DNA of 64,000 bases from Heterodontus francisci (lineage: Eukaryota). Positions 47,393-58,984 of this stretch are shown piece after piece (within the stretch, counting starts at the first letter, position 1; each line of letters opens with the position of its first letter). The DNA lies in NCBI RefSeq assembly GCF_036365525.1, contig NC_090385.1:59952611-60016610 (forward strand). The letters are read 5' to 3'. Both the position numbers and the translations under genes were made by a program. The notes beneath the pieces were generated by a model. It was not told where the DNA came from. It saw only the letters and a list, made by a program, of their open reading frames with translations, and searched no databases.

Positions 47393-50300
47393 TGATCATA
47401 GGATGACGGTAAACAGAAGGCGGCCATTTGGCCCTTCGGGCCTGTACAGGCTCTTTGAAAGTGCTATCCAATTAGTCCCACAACCCTGCCCTTTCCCCAT
47501 AGCACATTATTTTTCCTAGGATCTGAGAAGAGCTATTCCAGTCATTAGAATTGGACCCATATGTTCCCTCAAAGTAACTAACATGTTTAATCAATTTAAT
47601 TTCAGTAAAATATGCAGCCACAATCTGTAAATGGGCATGTGCCTTATTAGCCAGGGAGCTGATCTCTCAAGATTACTCTATTCAATTAAATTACCATCCA
47701 TAGTAAATATCTCCCAGGTACAGGAACAGCCACTTATCTAACATTTATTTTTGTTAGATTATTCCACAGCTTCCAATAATCTAACAGTCCTGTTGTCTTT
47801 CTTTACTGTTCTTTTTAGCTGTGTACTGTGATACTTTTATTATTCATGACTGTAGATACCATCTTTGTCTGTATGATTAATCAGGCTCTACTGTGGAATT
47901 CTCAGGACTATTACAATATATCAGCAGTGGAAATACAGCAAATAATGTAATACACTTAACCAAAGGGAATCCAATGTTTTCTCTGGAATTAAGCCAATGC
48001 TCTTTATACACCTTTCATGCTCCTGGCAATAGAACACACAAATGACTTATGCAATTGCAGTACTTGCCTTTTTATTCAGAGATTAAATATGCAGGGTGAA
48101 ATGATGAAAATACTTAAAAGTTGAATAAAAGTGAAAATATAATTACCAAACATTATTATACAATATGTGTGTAACAACTTAGAAAGCCTACAATTTCAAC
48201 AAACGTCTTATAATATTGTAAGGAGAGAAGGAGAACAAAAAGCACCTGAAAGCTAGATTCCATATCCTTAACATAAACATATTTACAATTAATTGGATTT
48301 TACAAAGTATATACCCAAGATACATGGTCCAATTTAGGATAAGTGCAGATAATCCCACCCGTGAGATACACTCTCTCTCTGGCTATCATGGTGTAATATG
48401 AGATTTCCTATCAAATGTACAGTCTTCATTCTTTAAATGTAGTTCAACCTCCAGTAGAATTGCCACCATCCAATGATAGAAGTATAATTCTGGCACTGAT
48501 CCTTTAAGAAATTTATGTCAGTGTGCAATCATCTTGCTTTGGTGGTGCTCTTCACTCATTGTACACAAGGTCTCTGTTTTGATTTGCCTTATCTGTTTAA
48601 AGAACCAAGTATGTAATCAAAAAAACCTAAGTAGGTAAATGGAATATAAAAGGTTCCCAGAAAGCAGCTGCAAGTGGAACCAGAGAAGAGAACCATAGAA
48701 CAGAGAGAGAAGGAGCTTTGTTTGTGGAGGTGAATCAATATTGAAAGCAGGAGGAAGACAATACCAACAGTACATAATTTAGCATCCTCTATCAGGCACT
48801 CAACCTCTAAACACAAATAGTTACAGTAAAGAGTGCGGGGATGGGACCAAATATCAAGGCTTGCTTGGAACAAAGCAGTTCCAAAGTGCTTTTCAGCTCA
48901 GTGGTTAACAAAACAATAGTGCTGAGTAAATTGCCCTCAGTATTCTTACTTCTCTACAAAAAGCTGAAGCTCTGATCATCAGCAAACCGGTACTTCATTT
49001 CAATGGATGGTTGATGAAATTGCAGGTAATGTTTTGGAACAGATTTCCCGAGGTAAACTAAAATGATGATTTTTATTAAGAACAATAGACGAGATTTTAT
49101 GATTGCCACACCCCACCCCCCACCGAATACCAAATAAAATTAGGTAAGCATGCTAAAAGGCACAACATTCATTAATCCATGTACTGAAAAGTGGGTTGGG
49201 GAGTAATCCTGTTCAAGTAAGAAAATTAAGCTTGTGAGAAAGCATAGGTTCAAACAATTCAACCTCTATTTACTCAGACCAGGATTTGAATCATAGGTAG
49301 AAGTTAATTGGCAAATGAGTCTGCTAATGCCCTTCATGAACCTCAACATAAATTGGAAGTTCCCAACTAAAATTTCTCAAAGACATTTGATAAACCAAGA
49401 ATCTACCTGTACAGTTGGCAGCTTAGGTGAGAGATCCTTATTAATAGCATCAAGATAGATTAGTTGGGATGATACAGTTTATTAGACTAGTTAAGATGAT
49501 ACACCTTAATGTAGGATTAGATTCCTACATTACAACAATGACTACACTTCAGAGGTACTTCATTGGTTGTAAAGCGCTTTGGGACATCGTGAGGTTGTGA
49601 AAGGCACTATATAAATGCAAGTTCTTTGTACTCTTGCCACAGAAAACAAATTGCTTTCACACCATTACAAACACTCTTTAGTTCAACTGAATTAAAATTT
49701 GATACTTTGCTTAAGCTTGGCCTTTGAATTGGAGATTGCCATTTTGGAGTCTTATCTACCTTGCTCTTTGTTAATGCATTCTGGTTAAATGGAGTTTGCA
49801 GGGGTTCATGTTCGTAGTAAAAATGTCAGAGAAACTTGTTTTCATGAGTAAGAGGTTATCAAAATTACTGTGATTTCCACCACACAAATATGGTCATTGA
49901 TGCTGCCCACAGTAGCTTAGGATAAAACTGCACTTATGGCCCCGATATTAGCCCAGAGGCAGGAATGGAGCATGGGGGATGGCACGATGTAATGGGTGAT
50001 GGGGAAACATGGGTTTCACGCCTTCATTGTGTGGAAATGGAGGTGACGCTAAGCCGCATGAAGTGTTCCCAGTACTTAAAAGGTCCTGTGCAGTACTGAA
50101 AATGAGGCAGAAGTATCTTGATAGAGGAAAAGAACAACTGCAAAATGTGGAGAGGGATGGGCACCCCCTCCACCTGTCCAAGTCAGTTGTGGGAGTGTGA
50201 TGATGAAGTCATGGATTCAATGCTATACACAGTTCAATGAACCTCATTAGGTCAGCAGGCAGCAATATTTACCCAAATCCTGCACTATACTCCTTCTGAC

Positions 50301-51404
50301 TCTCTAATCAATCCTATTCCATTCACAACATTCCCCATCCTCACATCATTTCCATCAGCACCATTTGAACTGGTTTGATGTCTCTTTCATCATCACTTCA
50401 CTTGTTCAGCCTCCAGGCCCCCACCCCCATTACTGTCAGTAACCCCAAGCCTCTCTCATCTGACCTTATTCTCCTCCACCCACTATCATTACACATCCTG
50501 AAATGACACCATGCCAATTTTCTCAAAGGCATGCCATTCCACTCCTTACGCCTAATTTTCACTTTCACCATATGCAGTGCATATGGATGTATACATTCCT
50601 GAGAGTCACTCTAGTCTGTCAGACCCTGCAGAGGAAGAAAGCACAAAATGCCAGCGAGAGGGCCAAAACAGATCAAGTGTTGCATCTATCAAAACTTCCA
50701 AAGTACCATCACTAAATCTTACCACTTTCTTCTCACGATCCTCCCCCCCCCCCCCCCCGCCACCTGTAGCATACGCAGATTTCTCAGATGAACCGATACC
50801 ATACCAGCATAGACCTGTTAGGCTAAAGGGCCTGGTTCTATGCTGTAAATTCTATCAGGATACATGCAGTGCAGATACCAGCACATCAGTTAGGCCTCTT
50901 GGATAGATGTACAGGACCTGGTGACTCGGAGTGGAAGTGAGCAGCAACAGACAGTCATGTCAGGGACAGCTGTGGAGTACATTCTCTCAACCTTTCCTCC
51001 AAAAGGACAGAGATGCAGACCCTGGGGCCAACAATGAAAAGATTGCTGGAGGCACAGCAGTAACTGTATAAGGTATTGGCAGACCCAGCACGTGCACTGT
51101 TCACAATGCCAGAGAAAATGGAGGAATCTAATTCCACCATATGTGGAGTAAGTTCATAGGGTTTCTCCACTTCACAATGAACCATGGAATAGGAGTCCAC
51201 TTTTATGTAAACTGTAGCCGGGCGCTCACAAGTCGCTCCTAGCCGTCGTCGTGGTCTGCCTGCAGGCTCATACAGTCTGTGGATCCTGGGCACGAGTGGC
51301 TGTTCCAGATTCAACACGTTGAATTAGAATTAGAATTAGAACATTACAGCGCAGTACAGGCCCTTCGGCCCTCGATGTTGCGCCGACCTGTGAAACCATC
51401 TGAC

Positions 51405-54288
51405 CTACACTATTCCATTTTCATCCATATGTCTATCCAATGACCACTTAAATGCCCTTAAAGTTGGCGAATCTACTACTGCTGCAGGCAGGGCGTTCCA
51501 CGCCCTTACTACTCTCTGAGTAAAGAAACTACCTCTCACATCTGTCCTATATCTATCACCCCTCAACTTGAAGCTATGTCCCCTCGTGTTTGCCATCACC
51601 ATCCGAGGAAAAAGACGCTCACTATCCACCCTATCTAACCCTCTGATTATCTTATATGTCTCTATTAAGTCACCTCTCCTCCTCCTTCTCTCCAACGAAA
51701 ACAACCTCAAGTCCCTCAGCCTTTCCTCGTAAGACCTTCCCTCCATACCAGGCAACATCCTAGTAAATCTCCTCTGCACCCTTTCCAAAGCTTCCACATC
51801 CTTCCTATAATGCGGTGACCAGAACTGCACGCAATACTCCAGGTGCGGTCTCACCAGAGTTTTGTACAGCTGCAGCATGACCTCGTGGCTCCGAAACTCG
51901 ATCCCCCTACTAAAAAGCTAACACACCATATGCCTTCTTAACAGCCCTATTAACCTGGGTAGCAACCTTCAGGGATTTATGCACCTGGACACCAAGATCT
52001 CTCTGTTCATCTACACTACCAAGAATCTTCCCATTAGCCCAGTACTCTGCATTCCTGTTACTCCTTCCAAAGTGAATCACCTCACACTTTTCCGCATTAA
52101 ACTCCATTTGCCATCTCTCAGCCCAGCTCTGCAGCCTATCTATGTCCCTCTGTACCCGACAACATCCTTCGGCACTATCCACAACTCCACCGACCTTAGT
52201 GTCATCTGCAAATTTATTAACCCACCCTTCTACACCCTCTTCCAGGTCATTTATAAAAATGACAAATAGCAGTGGCCCCAAAACAGATCCTTGCGGTACA
52301 CCACTAGTAACTAAACTCCAGGATGAACATTTGCCATCAACCACCACCCTCTGTCTTGTTTCAGCTAGCCAATTTCTGATCCAAAGCTCTAAATCACCTT
52401 CAACCCCATACTTGCGTATTTTCTGCAATAGCCTACCGTGGGGAACCTTATCAAACGCCTTACTGAAATCCATATACACCACATCCACTGCTTTACCCTC
52501 ATCCACCTGTTTGGTCACCTTCTCGAAAAACTCAATAAGGTTTGTGAGGCACGACCTACCCGTCACAAAACCGTGCTGACTATCTCTAATGAACTTATTC
52601 TTTTCAAGATGATTATAAATCCTGTCTCTTATAACCTTTTCCAACATTTTACCCACAACCGAAGTAAGGCTCACAGGTCTATAATTACCAGGGCTGTCTC
52701 TACTCCCCTTCTTGAACAAGGGGACAACATTTGCTATCCTCCAGTCTTCCGGCACTATTCCTGTCGACAATGACGACATAAAGATCAAGGACAAAGGCTC
52801 TGCAATCTCCTCCCTAGCTTCCCAGAGAATCCGAGGATAAATCCCATCTGGCCCAGGGGACTTATCTATTTTCACACTTTCCAAAATTGATAACACCTCC
52901 TCCTTGTGAACCTCAATCCCATCTAGCCTAGTAGCCTGAATCTCAGTATTCTCAACAACATTTTCTTTCTCTACTGTAAATACTGACGCAAAATATTCAC
53001 TTAACACTTCCCCTATCTCCTCTGATTCCACACACAACTTCCCACTACTATCCTTGATTGGCCCTAATCTAACTCTAGTCATTCTTTTATTCCTGATATA
53101 CCTATAGAAAGCCTTAGGGTTTTCCCTGATCCGATCCACCAATGACTTCTCGTGTCCTCTCCTTGCTCTTCTTAGCTCTCCCTTTAGATCCTTCCTGGCT
53201 AGCTTGTAGCTCTCAAGCGCCCTAACTGAGCCTTCACGTCTCATCCTAACATAAGCCTTCTTCTTCCTCTTGACAAGCGCTTCAACTTCTTTAGTAAACC
53301 ACGGCTCCCTCGCTCGACAACTTCCTCCCTGCCTCACAGGTACATACTTATCAAGGACACACAGTAGCTGCTCCTTGAATAAGCTCCACATTTCAATTGT
53401 TCCCATCCCCTGCAGTTTCCTTCCCCATCCTACGCATCCTAAATCTTGCCTAATCGCGTCATAATTTCCTTTCCCCTTGCTATAATTCTTGCCCTGCGGT
53501 ATATACCTGTCCCTGCCCATCGCTAAGGTAAACCTAACCGAATTGTGATCACTATCACCAAAGTGCTCACCTACATCTAAATCTAACACCTGGCCGGGTT
53601 CATTTCCCAGTACCAAATCCAATGTGGCATCGCCCCTGGTTGGCCTGTCTACATACTGTGTCAGAAAACCCTCCTGCACACACTGGACAAAAACTGACCC
53701 ATCTAAAGTACTCGAACTATAGTATTTCCAGTCGATATTTGGAAAGTTAAAGTCCCCCATAACAACTACCCTGTTACTCTCGCCCCTGTCGAGAATCATC
53801 TTCGCTATCCTTTCCTCTACATCTCTGGAACTATTCGGAGGTCTATAAAAGACTCCCAACAGGGTAACCTCACCTCTCCTGTTTCTAACCTCGGCCCATA
53901 CTACCTCAGTAGACGAGTCCTCAAACGTCCTTTCTGTCGCTGTAATACTCTCCTTGATTAACAATGCCACACCCCCCCCCTCTTTTATCATCTTCTCTGT
54001 TCTTACTGAAACATCTAAATCCCGGAATCTGCAACATCCATTCCTGCCCCTGCTCTACCCATGTCTCCGAAATGGCCACTACATCGAGATCCCAGGTACC
54101 AACCCATGCTGCAAGCTCACCCACCTTATTCCAGATGCTCCTGGCGTTGAAGTAGACACACTTTAAACCAGGTTCTTGCTTGCCAGTGCCCTCTTGCGTC
54201 CTTGCAACCATATCCCTGACCTCACTACTCTCAACATCCTGTACACTGGCACTACAATTTAGGTTCCCATTCCCCTGCTGAATTAGTT
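51405..54288 (-). pseudogene. CR1 ORF2 (APE endonuclease plus reverse transcriptase), two frameshifts (about 53975 and 51912)
   Basis: [71 protein letters not shown]. One uninterrupted piece of 693 aa. Confidence 0.95.
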
Positions 54289-55217
54289 TAAACCCCCCCG
54301 AAGAGCACTAGCAAATCTCCCCCCCAGGATATTGGTACCCCTCTGGTTCAGGTGAAGACCATCCTGTTTGTAGAGGTCCCACCTACCCCAGAAAGAGCCC
54401 CAATTATCCAGGAAACCAAAACCCTCCCTCCTGCACCATCCTGCAGCCACGTGTTCAACTCCTCTCTCTCCCTATTCCTCGCTTCGCTATCACGTGGCAT
54501 GGGCAACAACCCAGAGATAACAACTCTGTTTGTTCTCGCTCTAAGCTTCCACCCTAGCTCCCTGAATTTCTGTCTTAAATCCCCATCTCTCTTCCTACCT
54601 ATGTCGTTGGTGCCTATGTGGACCACGACTTGGGGCCGCTCCCCCTCCCCCTTAAGGATCCCAAAAACACGATCCAAGACATCACGAACCCTGGCACCTG
54701 GGAGGCAACATACCAACCATGAGTCTCTCTCGTTCCCACAGAACCTCCTATCTGTTCCCCTAACTATGGAGTCCCCAATGACTAAAGTTCTGCTCCTCTT
54801 CCCCCTTCCCTTCTGAGCAACAGGGACAGTCTCTGTGCCAGATACCTGTACCCCATTGCTTACCCCTGGTAAGTCGTCCCCCGCAACAGTATCCAAAACG
54901 GTATACCTGTTGTTGAGGGAAACGGCCACAGGGGCTCCCTGCACTGCCTGCTGGTTCCCTTTCCTTCCCCTGACGGTAACCCATCTACCTACTTCTTTTA
55001 CCTGAGGTGTGACTACCTCCCCATAACTCCTCTCAATAACCTCCTCCGCCTCCCGAATGATCCGAAGTTCATCCAGCTCCAGCTCCAGTTCCCTAACGCG
55101 GTTCTCGAGGAGCTGGAGTTGGGTGCACTTCCCACAGATGCAGTCAGCAGGGACACTCTTGGCGACCCTTACCTCCCACATTCTGCAGGAGGAACATACA
55201 ACTGCCTTAACCTCCAT
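54283..55217 (-). pseudogene. CR1 ORF1 (zinc finger/leucine zipper plus SGNH esterase domain), one frameshift near 54440
   Basis: MEVKAVVCSSCRMWE..CICGKC..LQLLENRVRELELELDEL, VIGDSIVRG, VVHIGTNDIG. Natural end FASALRGGLN* with stop at 54283-54285. Confidence 0.92.
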
Positions 55218-55412
55218 TCCCACTATTCCAAATTCCCAACAAATCTACTGAAAAACCAAAAACAAAAAGTAAAAACTTGTTAGGTTAGCAATCCAACGGA
55301 CAGAACTTCTTAAATAAAAAGCTTACCTTATCAACACACCAGAGTCCTTTTTTTTGGTTAGAGGAGGAGGGTGGGTGGGAGACACTACACGTGTAGTGTC
55401 TCGGGTGCAGCC

Positions 55413-55744
55413 ACCACACAAATATATACTTTTTACTTACCCAGCAGTCCCCTGGTCCTCTGAAAACAAAAGGGAATTCACTTTTAAACTTACACTGAAA
55501 TTGACTTCACAGCTGTAAGCCCGCTCACGCACCTCCGTTACTATCAAAGCTGCAGTCACCAAAACTAAAAGAAAGAGATTTTAAACCACACAAATATATA
55601 CTTTTTACTTACCCAGCAGTCCCCTGGTCCTCCGAAAACAAAAGGGAATTCACTTTTAAACTTACACAGAAATTGACTTCACAGCTGTAAGCCCGCTCAC
55701 GCACCTCCGTTACTATCAAAGCTGCAGTCACCGAAACTAAAAGA
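55413..55744. repeat. 172-bp tandem monomers (1.9 copies, 3 mismatches) at the CR1 5' end
   Basis: accacacaaatatatactttttacttacccagc...aactaaaaga at 55413-55584 and 55585-55744. Confidence 0.95.
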
Positions 55745-57126
55745 CTCAGCAGTTCCAAAGCTTCACTGATTATCTCCATTCTGCTCTCCCACAGACAGAT
55801 AGGACTGATGTCCAGCTACTTCAGGGGCCGATGGCAAAACAGGTGAGGCAAGTGCAGGCCTCTCTCAGGACATCTACATATCTCATACATTTCCACTCCA
55901 TCAACCAATACCTGATCTGGTGCTTCATGATTAACAGGCTGGCTGCCGGTTGTGTGGGGAAGCCTGCGGCATAAGGCCATTGCCATGGAGTAAAGAGTGA
56001 GGAAGAAATCGCAGTTGGGGTGGGGGAAGTGGGGGAGAAAAGAACAAGGTGGGGGTGTGTGTTGAAATCAGGGCGAGTTAGCAATGTGAAGCTGGAAGCG
56101 GGTAAACTTGTTGGGTCGGGTGGAGACATTCTTGCTCCTCTGGGGCCACAAACAGTACTGTAAATGAGCTTACCTTATGGATCTGGCCCTGCTCCTTTTA
56201 CCTACCAGGTTTCCCAAGGCCCCAAAATGGCTTAAAAATAATCAGTTTGTAAAAACAGAGGCACACAACCTGCTGGAAAGCTTCTGCTGACTGACCTGCC
56301 TCCTGGGAGTGGGTTGTCCATTAAAGCCAGAAATAGCCGGGTTCGCAGTGGGTTGCAGTTGGGTTTGAAAATTTTCAAATTTTAACTCATCACCTGACCC
56401 AAATTCACTTGTTTTGGGGAGTAAAATTATCCTCTTAGTATTATCACTTGCTTAGCCATTTTAAATTGTACTACAGACAACTTGCCTATCTACTAAAGGT
56501 AAAGGACAGAGTTGATAACCTCCAAGTACGTTTAATCCAACTTGAGCTGTAAAATGCATATTCTAAATGTTTTGCCTAACAAGTCCTTGTGCAGCTTCTA
56601 AGAGTAAGTACTCTTGTGTCTTTCTTCCAACTTGCTGCTCTCAATTTCTTTAAATATGCAGAGTATAAATGAATCTCAGAGCTAGAAATCTAAACAAGTT
56701 CATTGCAAAGTTAATATATACTAAATATACTTATAAGTTTGAACAATACCAATAGGTTTCTTCAGATGGCAAATGAAGTCTTGGAAAGGTGAAAGCTGTT
56801 TCATAAAAAGGCAATGAATGGTATTAAGGTGCCATGTTTGTAACAGCCACAAATAAAAATGAAATCCACCTTTTTAATATCACTTTTACAACCCAATCCT
56901 ATAAATATAATTATCAGTAATGGAATTTATCTCACCTCTGAAAAAGCAAAACACTATTTACTTAAGTAGTCTGCCTCCTCCTCTTGTATGCAATGGAAAG
57001 CTATTAAGCATTCTCTTCTATTTACTTCTTCAGGTTACAGTTGCCTTTATCCACTGTCCCATTGTTCAATAAGGATATATTAGAGCAAAAAGAGTGAAAT
57101 ACAAGTGACATGCGTCAAACAATAAA

Positions 57127-57216
57127 TTAGTACAAGCTTGTCTTTTTCATGATTCGAAGGAATTCTTGTTCGTTCACTTCTCCATCTCCATCTCGATCGG
57201 CTTCATCAATCATTTC
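57127..57216 (-). CDS. CETN2: Centrin (most likely centrin-2) terminal coding exon, EF-hand 4
   Basis: Minus strand ttttatgtttttccctgtccatag| EMIDEADRDGDGEVNEQEFLRIMKKTSLY*. Canonical centrin-1/2 C-terminus. Intron-containing and linked to ENOX2, so CETN2 rather than the mammalian retrogene CETN1. Upstream exons not found in the window. Confidence 0.92.
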   Translation of the reverse strand, partial: EMIDEADRDGDGEVNEQEFLRIMKKTSLY

Positions 57217-57525
57217 CTATGGACAGGGAAAAACATAAAACAGACATTCAAAAACAATGCCAAAGAAATATGCTTTGTTGCAATTTTTACTATTATTGTA
57301 AATGTAAAATTATATGCGAAGGTCTCTGTTCTTAGAATAGAAATAAAGAAGGAGTTGAAAAGTTAAAATTAATTCTAAAAAGTATCAATTTTTATCAATA
57401 AGAATCCTTAAAATGGAGATAACAAAGTGTTCCAACCCCCCAGAGTCCCGAAATGCCCAACTGCAGTACAAGTTGTTCTTCCTATTAAATATTAAGTAGA
57501 GTTTGCTGCTAAAAGTTCCTAATCA

Positions 57526-58287
57526 AGTCCCAGGCAATGACCATCTCCAACAAGAGAGAATCTAACCAGCTCCCCTTGACATTCAACGGCATTACCATCG
57601 CTGAATCCCCCACTATCAACATCCTAGGGGCTACCATTGACCAGAAACTGAACTGGAGAAGCCATATAAATACTGTGGCTACAAGAGCAGGTCAGAGGCT
57701 TGGAATCCTGTGGCAAGTAACTCACCTCCTGACTCCCCAAAGCCTGTCCACCATCTACAAGGCACAAGTCAGGAGTGTGATGGAATACTCTCCACTTGCC
57801 TGGATGGGTGCAGCTCCAACAACACTCAAGAAGCTCGACACCATCCAGGACAAAGCAGCCCGCTTGATTGGCACACCATCCACAAACATTCACTCCCTCC
57901 ACCACCGACGCACAGTGGCAGCAGTGTGTACCATCTACAAGATGCACTGCAACAACGCACCAAGGCTCCTTAGACAGCACCTTCCAAACTCATTACCTCT
58001 ACCACCACGAAGGACAAGAGCAGCAGGTGCATGGGAACATCACCACCTGCAAGTTCCCCTCCAAGTCACACACCATATTGACTTGAAACTAAATCGCTGT
58101 TCCTTCACTGTCGCTGGGTCAAAATCCTGGAACTCCCTTCCTAACAGCGCTGTGGGTATACCTACCCTACATGGACTGCAGCGGTTCAAGAAGGCAGCTC
58201 ACCACTACCTTCTCAAGGGCAATTAGGGATGGGCAATAAATGCTGGCACAGCCAGTGATGCCCACTTCCCATGAATGAATAAAAAAA
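57526..58287 (+). mobile_element. Young 5'-truncated copy of the tRNA-headed LINE family, in the last CETN2 intron
   Basis: Intact 229-aa ORF 57537..58226 (ILGATIDQKLNW..KAQVRSVMEYSPLAW..LHHRRTVAAVCTIYKMH). ATGAATGAAT-A7 tail. Confidence 0.93.
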
Positions 58288-58984
58288 TATATATTTTTCA
58301 TGAGACTGATTTCATATCCCATTTTTCTCTGTACAGATACAGCTGGTCATATGTCTTTCAGTGCTAACAGCTGGCAGGCAATGGGTTATGCCTCCATCTT
58401 TGCTGAGCTTCTGCTAATTTTTAGGAAATGTTAACTGTAACCTAATAGCTGTTGCACCAATTCTCCCTCTTTGCTTTGCGAGGTCCCTGATTCCATTCAG
58501 TATCTCCTCACAGTAGTATGGCTATTAGAACTTTGAGACAGGTGACAGGAGGGTAAAATCAACATGCGTCCCTCCACCGTTGGAAAGTCTTTCTCTTAGA
58601 TCCCCACAAGTTGGCACTAGTACCGGTGGTGAACTGGGTCTTATAAATACCTGAGTGGCTTTCTTTAATAGCGGTGATTAAAAACCTGTAAATGGCCTTA
58701 GGCCTTCTGATTTTGCTTAACAGATTTATCTTGATGTGATGATTTGTTCATAAAGATATGGTTCCTTATGCCTATCCTGGTTTTTTTTTCTTACTTGAAA
58801 AGGCAGCATCAGTGTCAATGACTTGAGTCGTTGATATGAATTCACTGATATGAATTCTTTAGAATCTACTCTTAGTTCCCATTTTTGAAAATTTAAGCTG
58901 CAAAGATGGTGGCTTAGAGTGAGAGTGTCATGTGGATGTATAATGTTGAGCGTTTAAAAAAAAAAAAAGGCTTTCTGCATTCTT

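Larger units (their letters stand above)
51321..55744 (-). mobile_element. Young near-intact full-length CR1 (5' UTR monomers, ORF1, ORF2, (TTCTAA)n tail)
   Basis: ORF1 54348..55223, ORF2 in three pieces (53921..54211, 51910..53991, 51405..51878), repeated gaatta tail at 51321-51341. Confidence 0.97.
49940..56430 (+). mobile_element. Degraded Harbinger-type element with Myb/SANT-like accessory-gene remnants, host of the full-length CR1
   Basis: WIQC..QFN(D)LIRS at about 50212-50255 and cag|RKKAQNASERAKT at about 50631-50670 resemble Harbinger Myb/SANT-like proteins. Boundaries uncertain. Confidence 0.4.
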
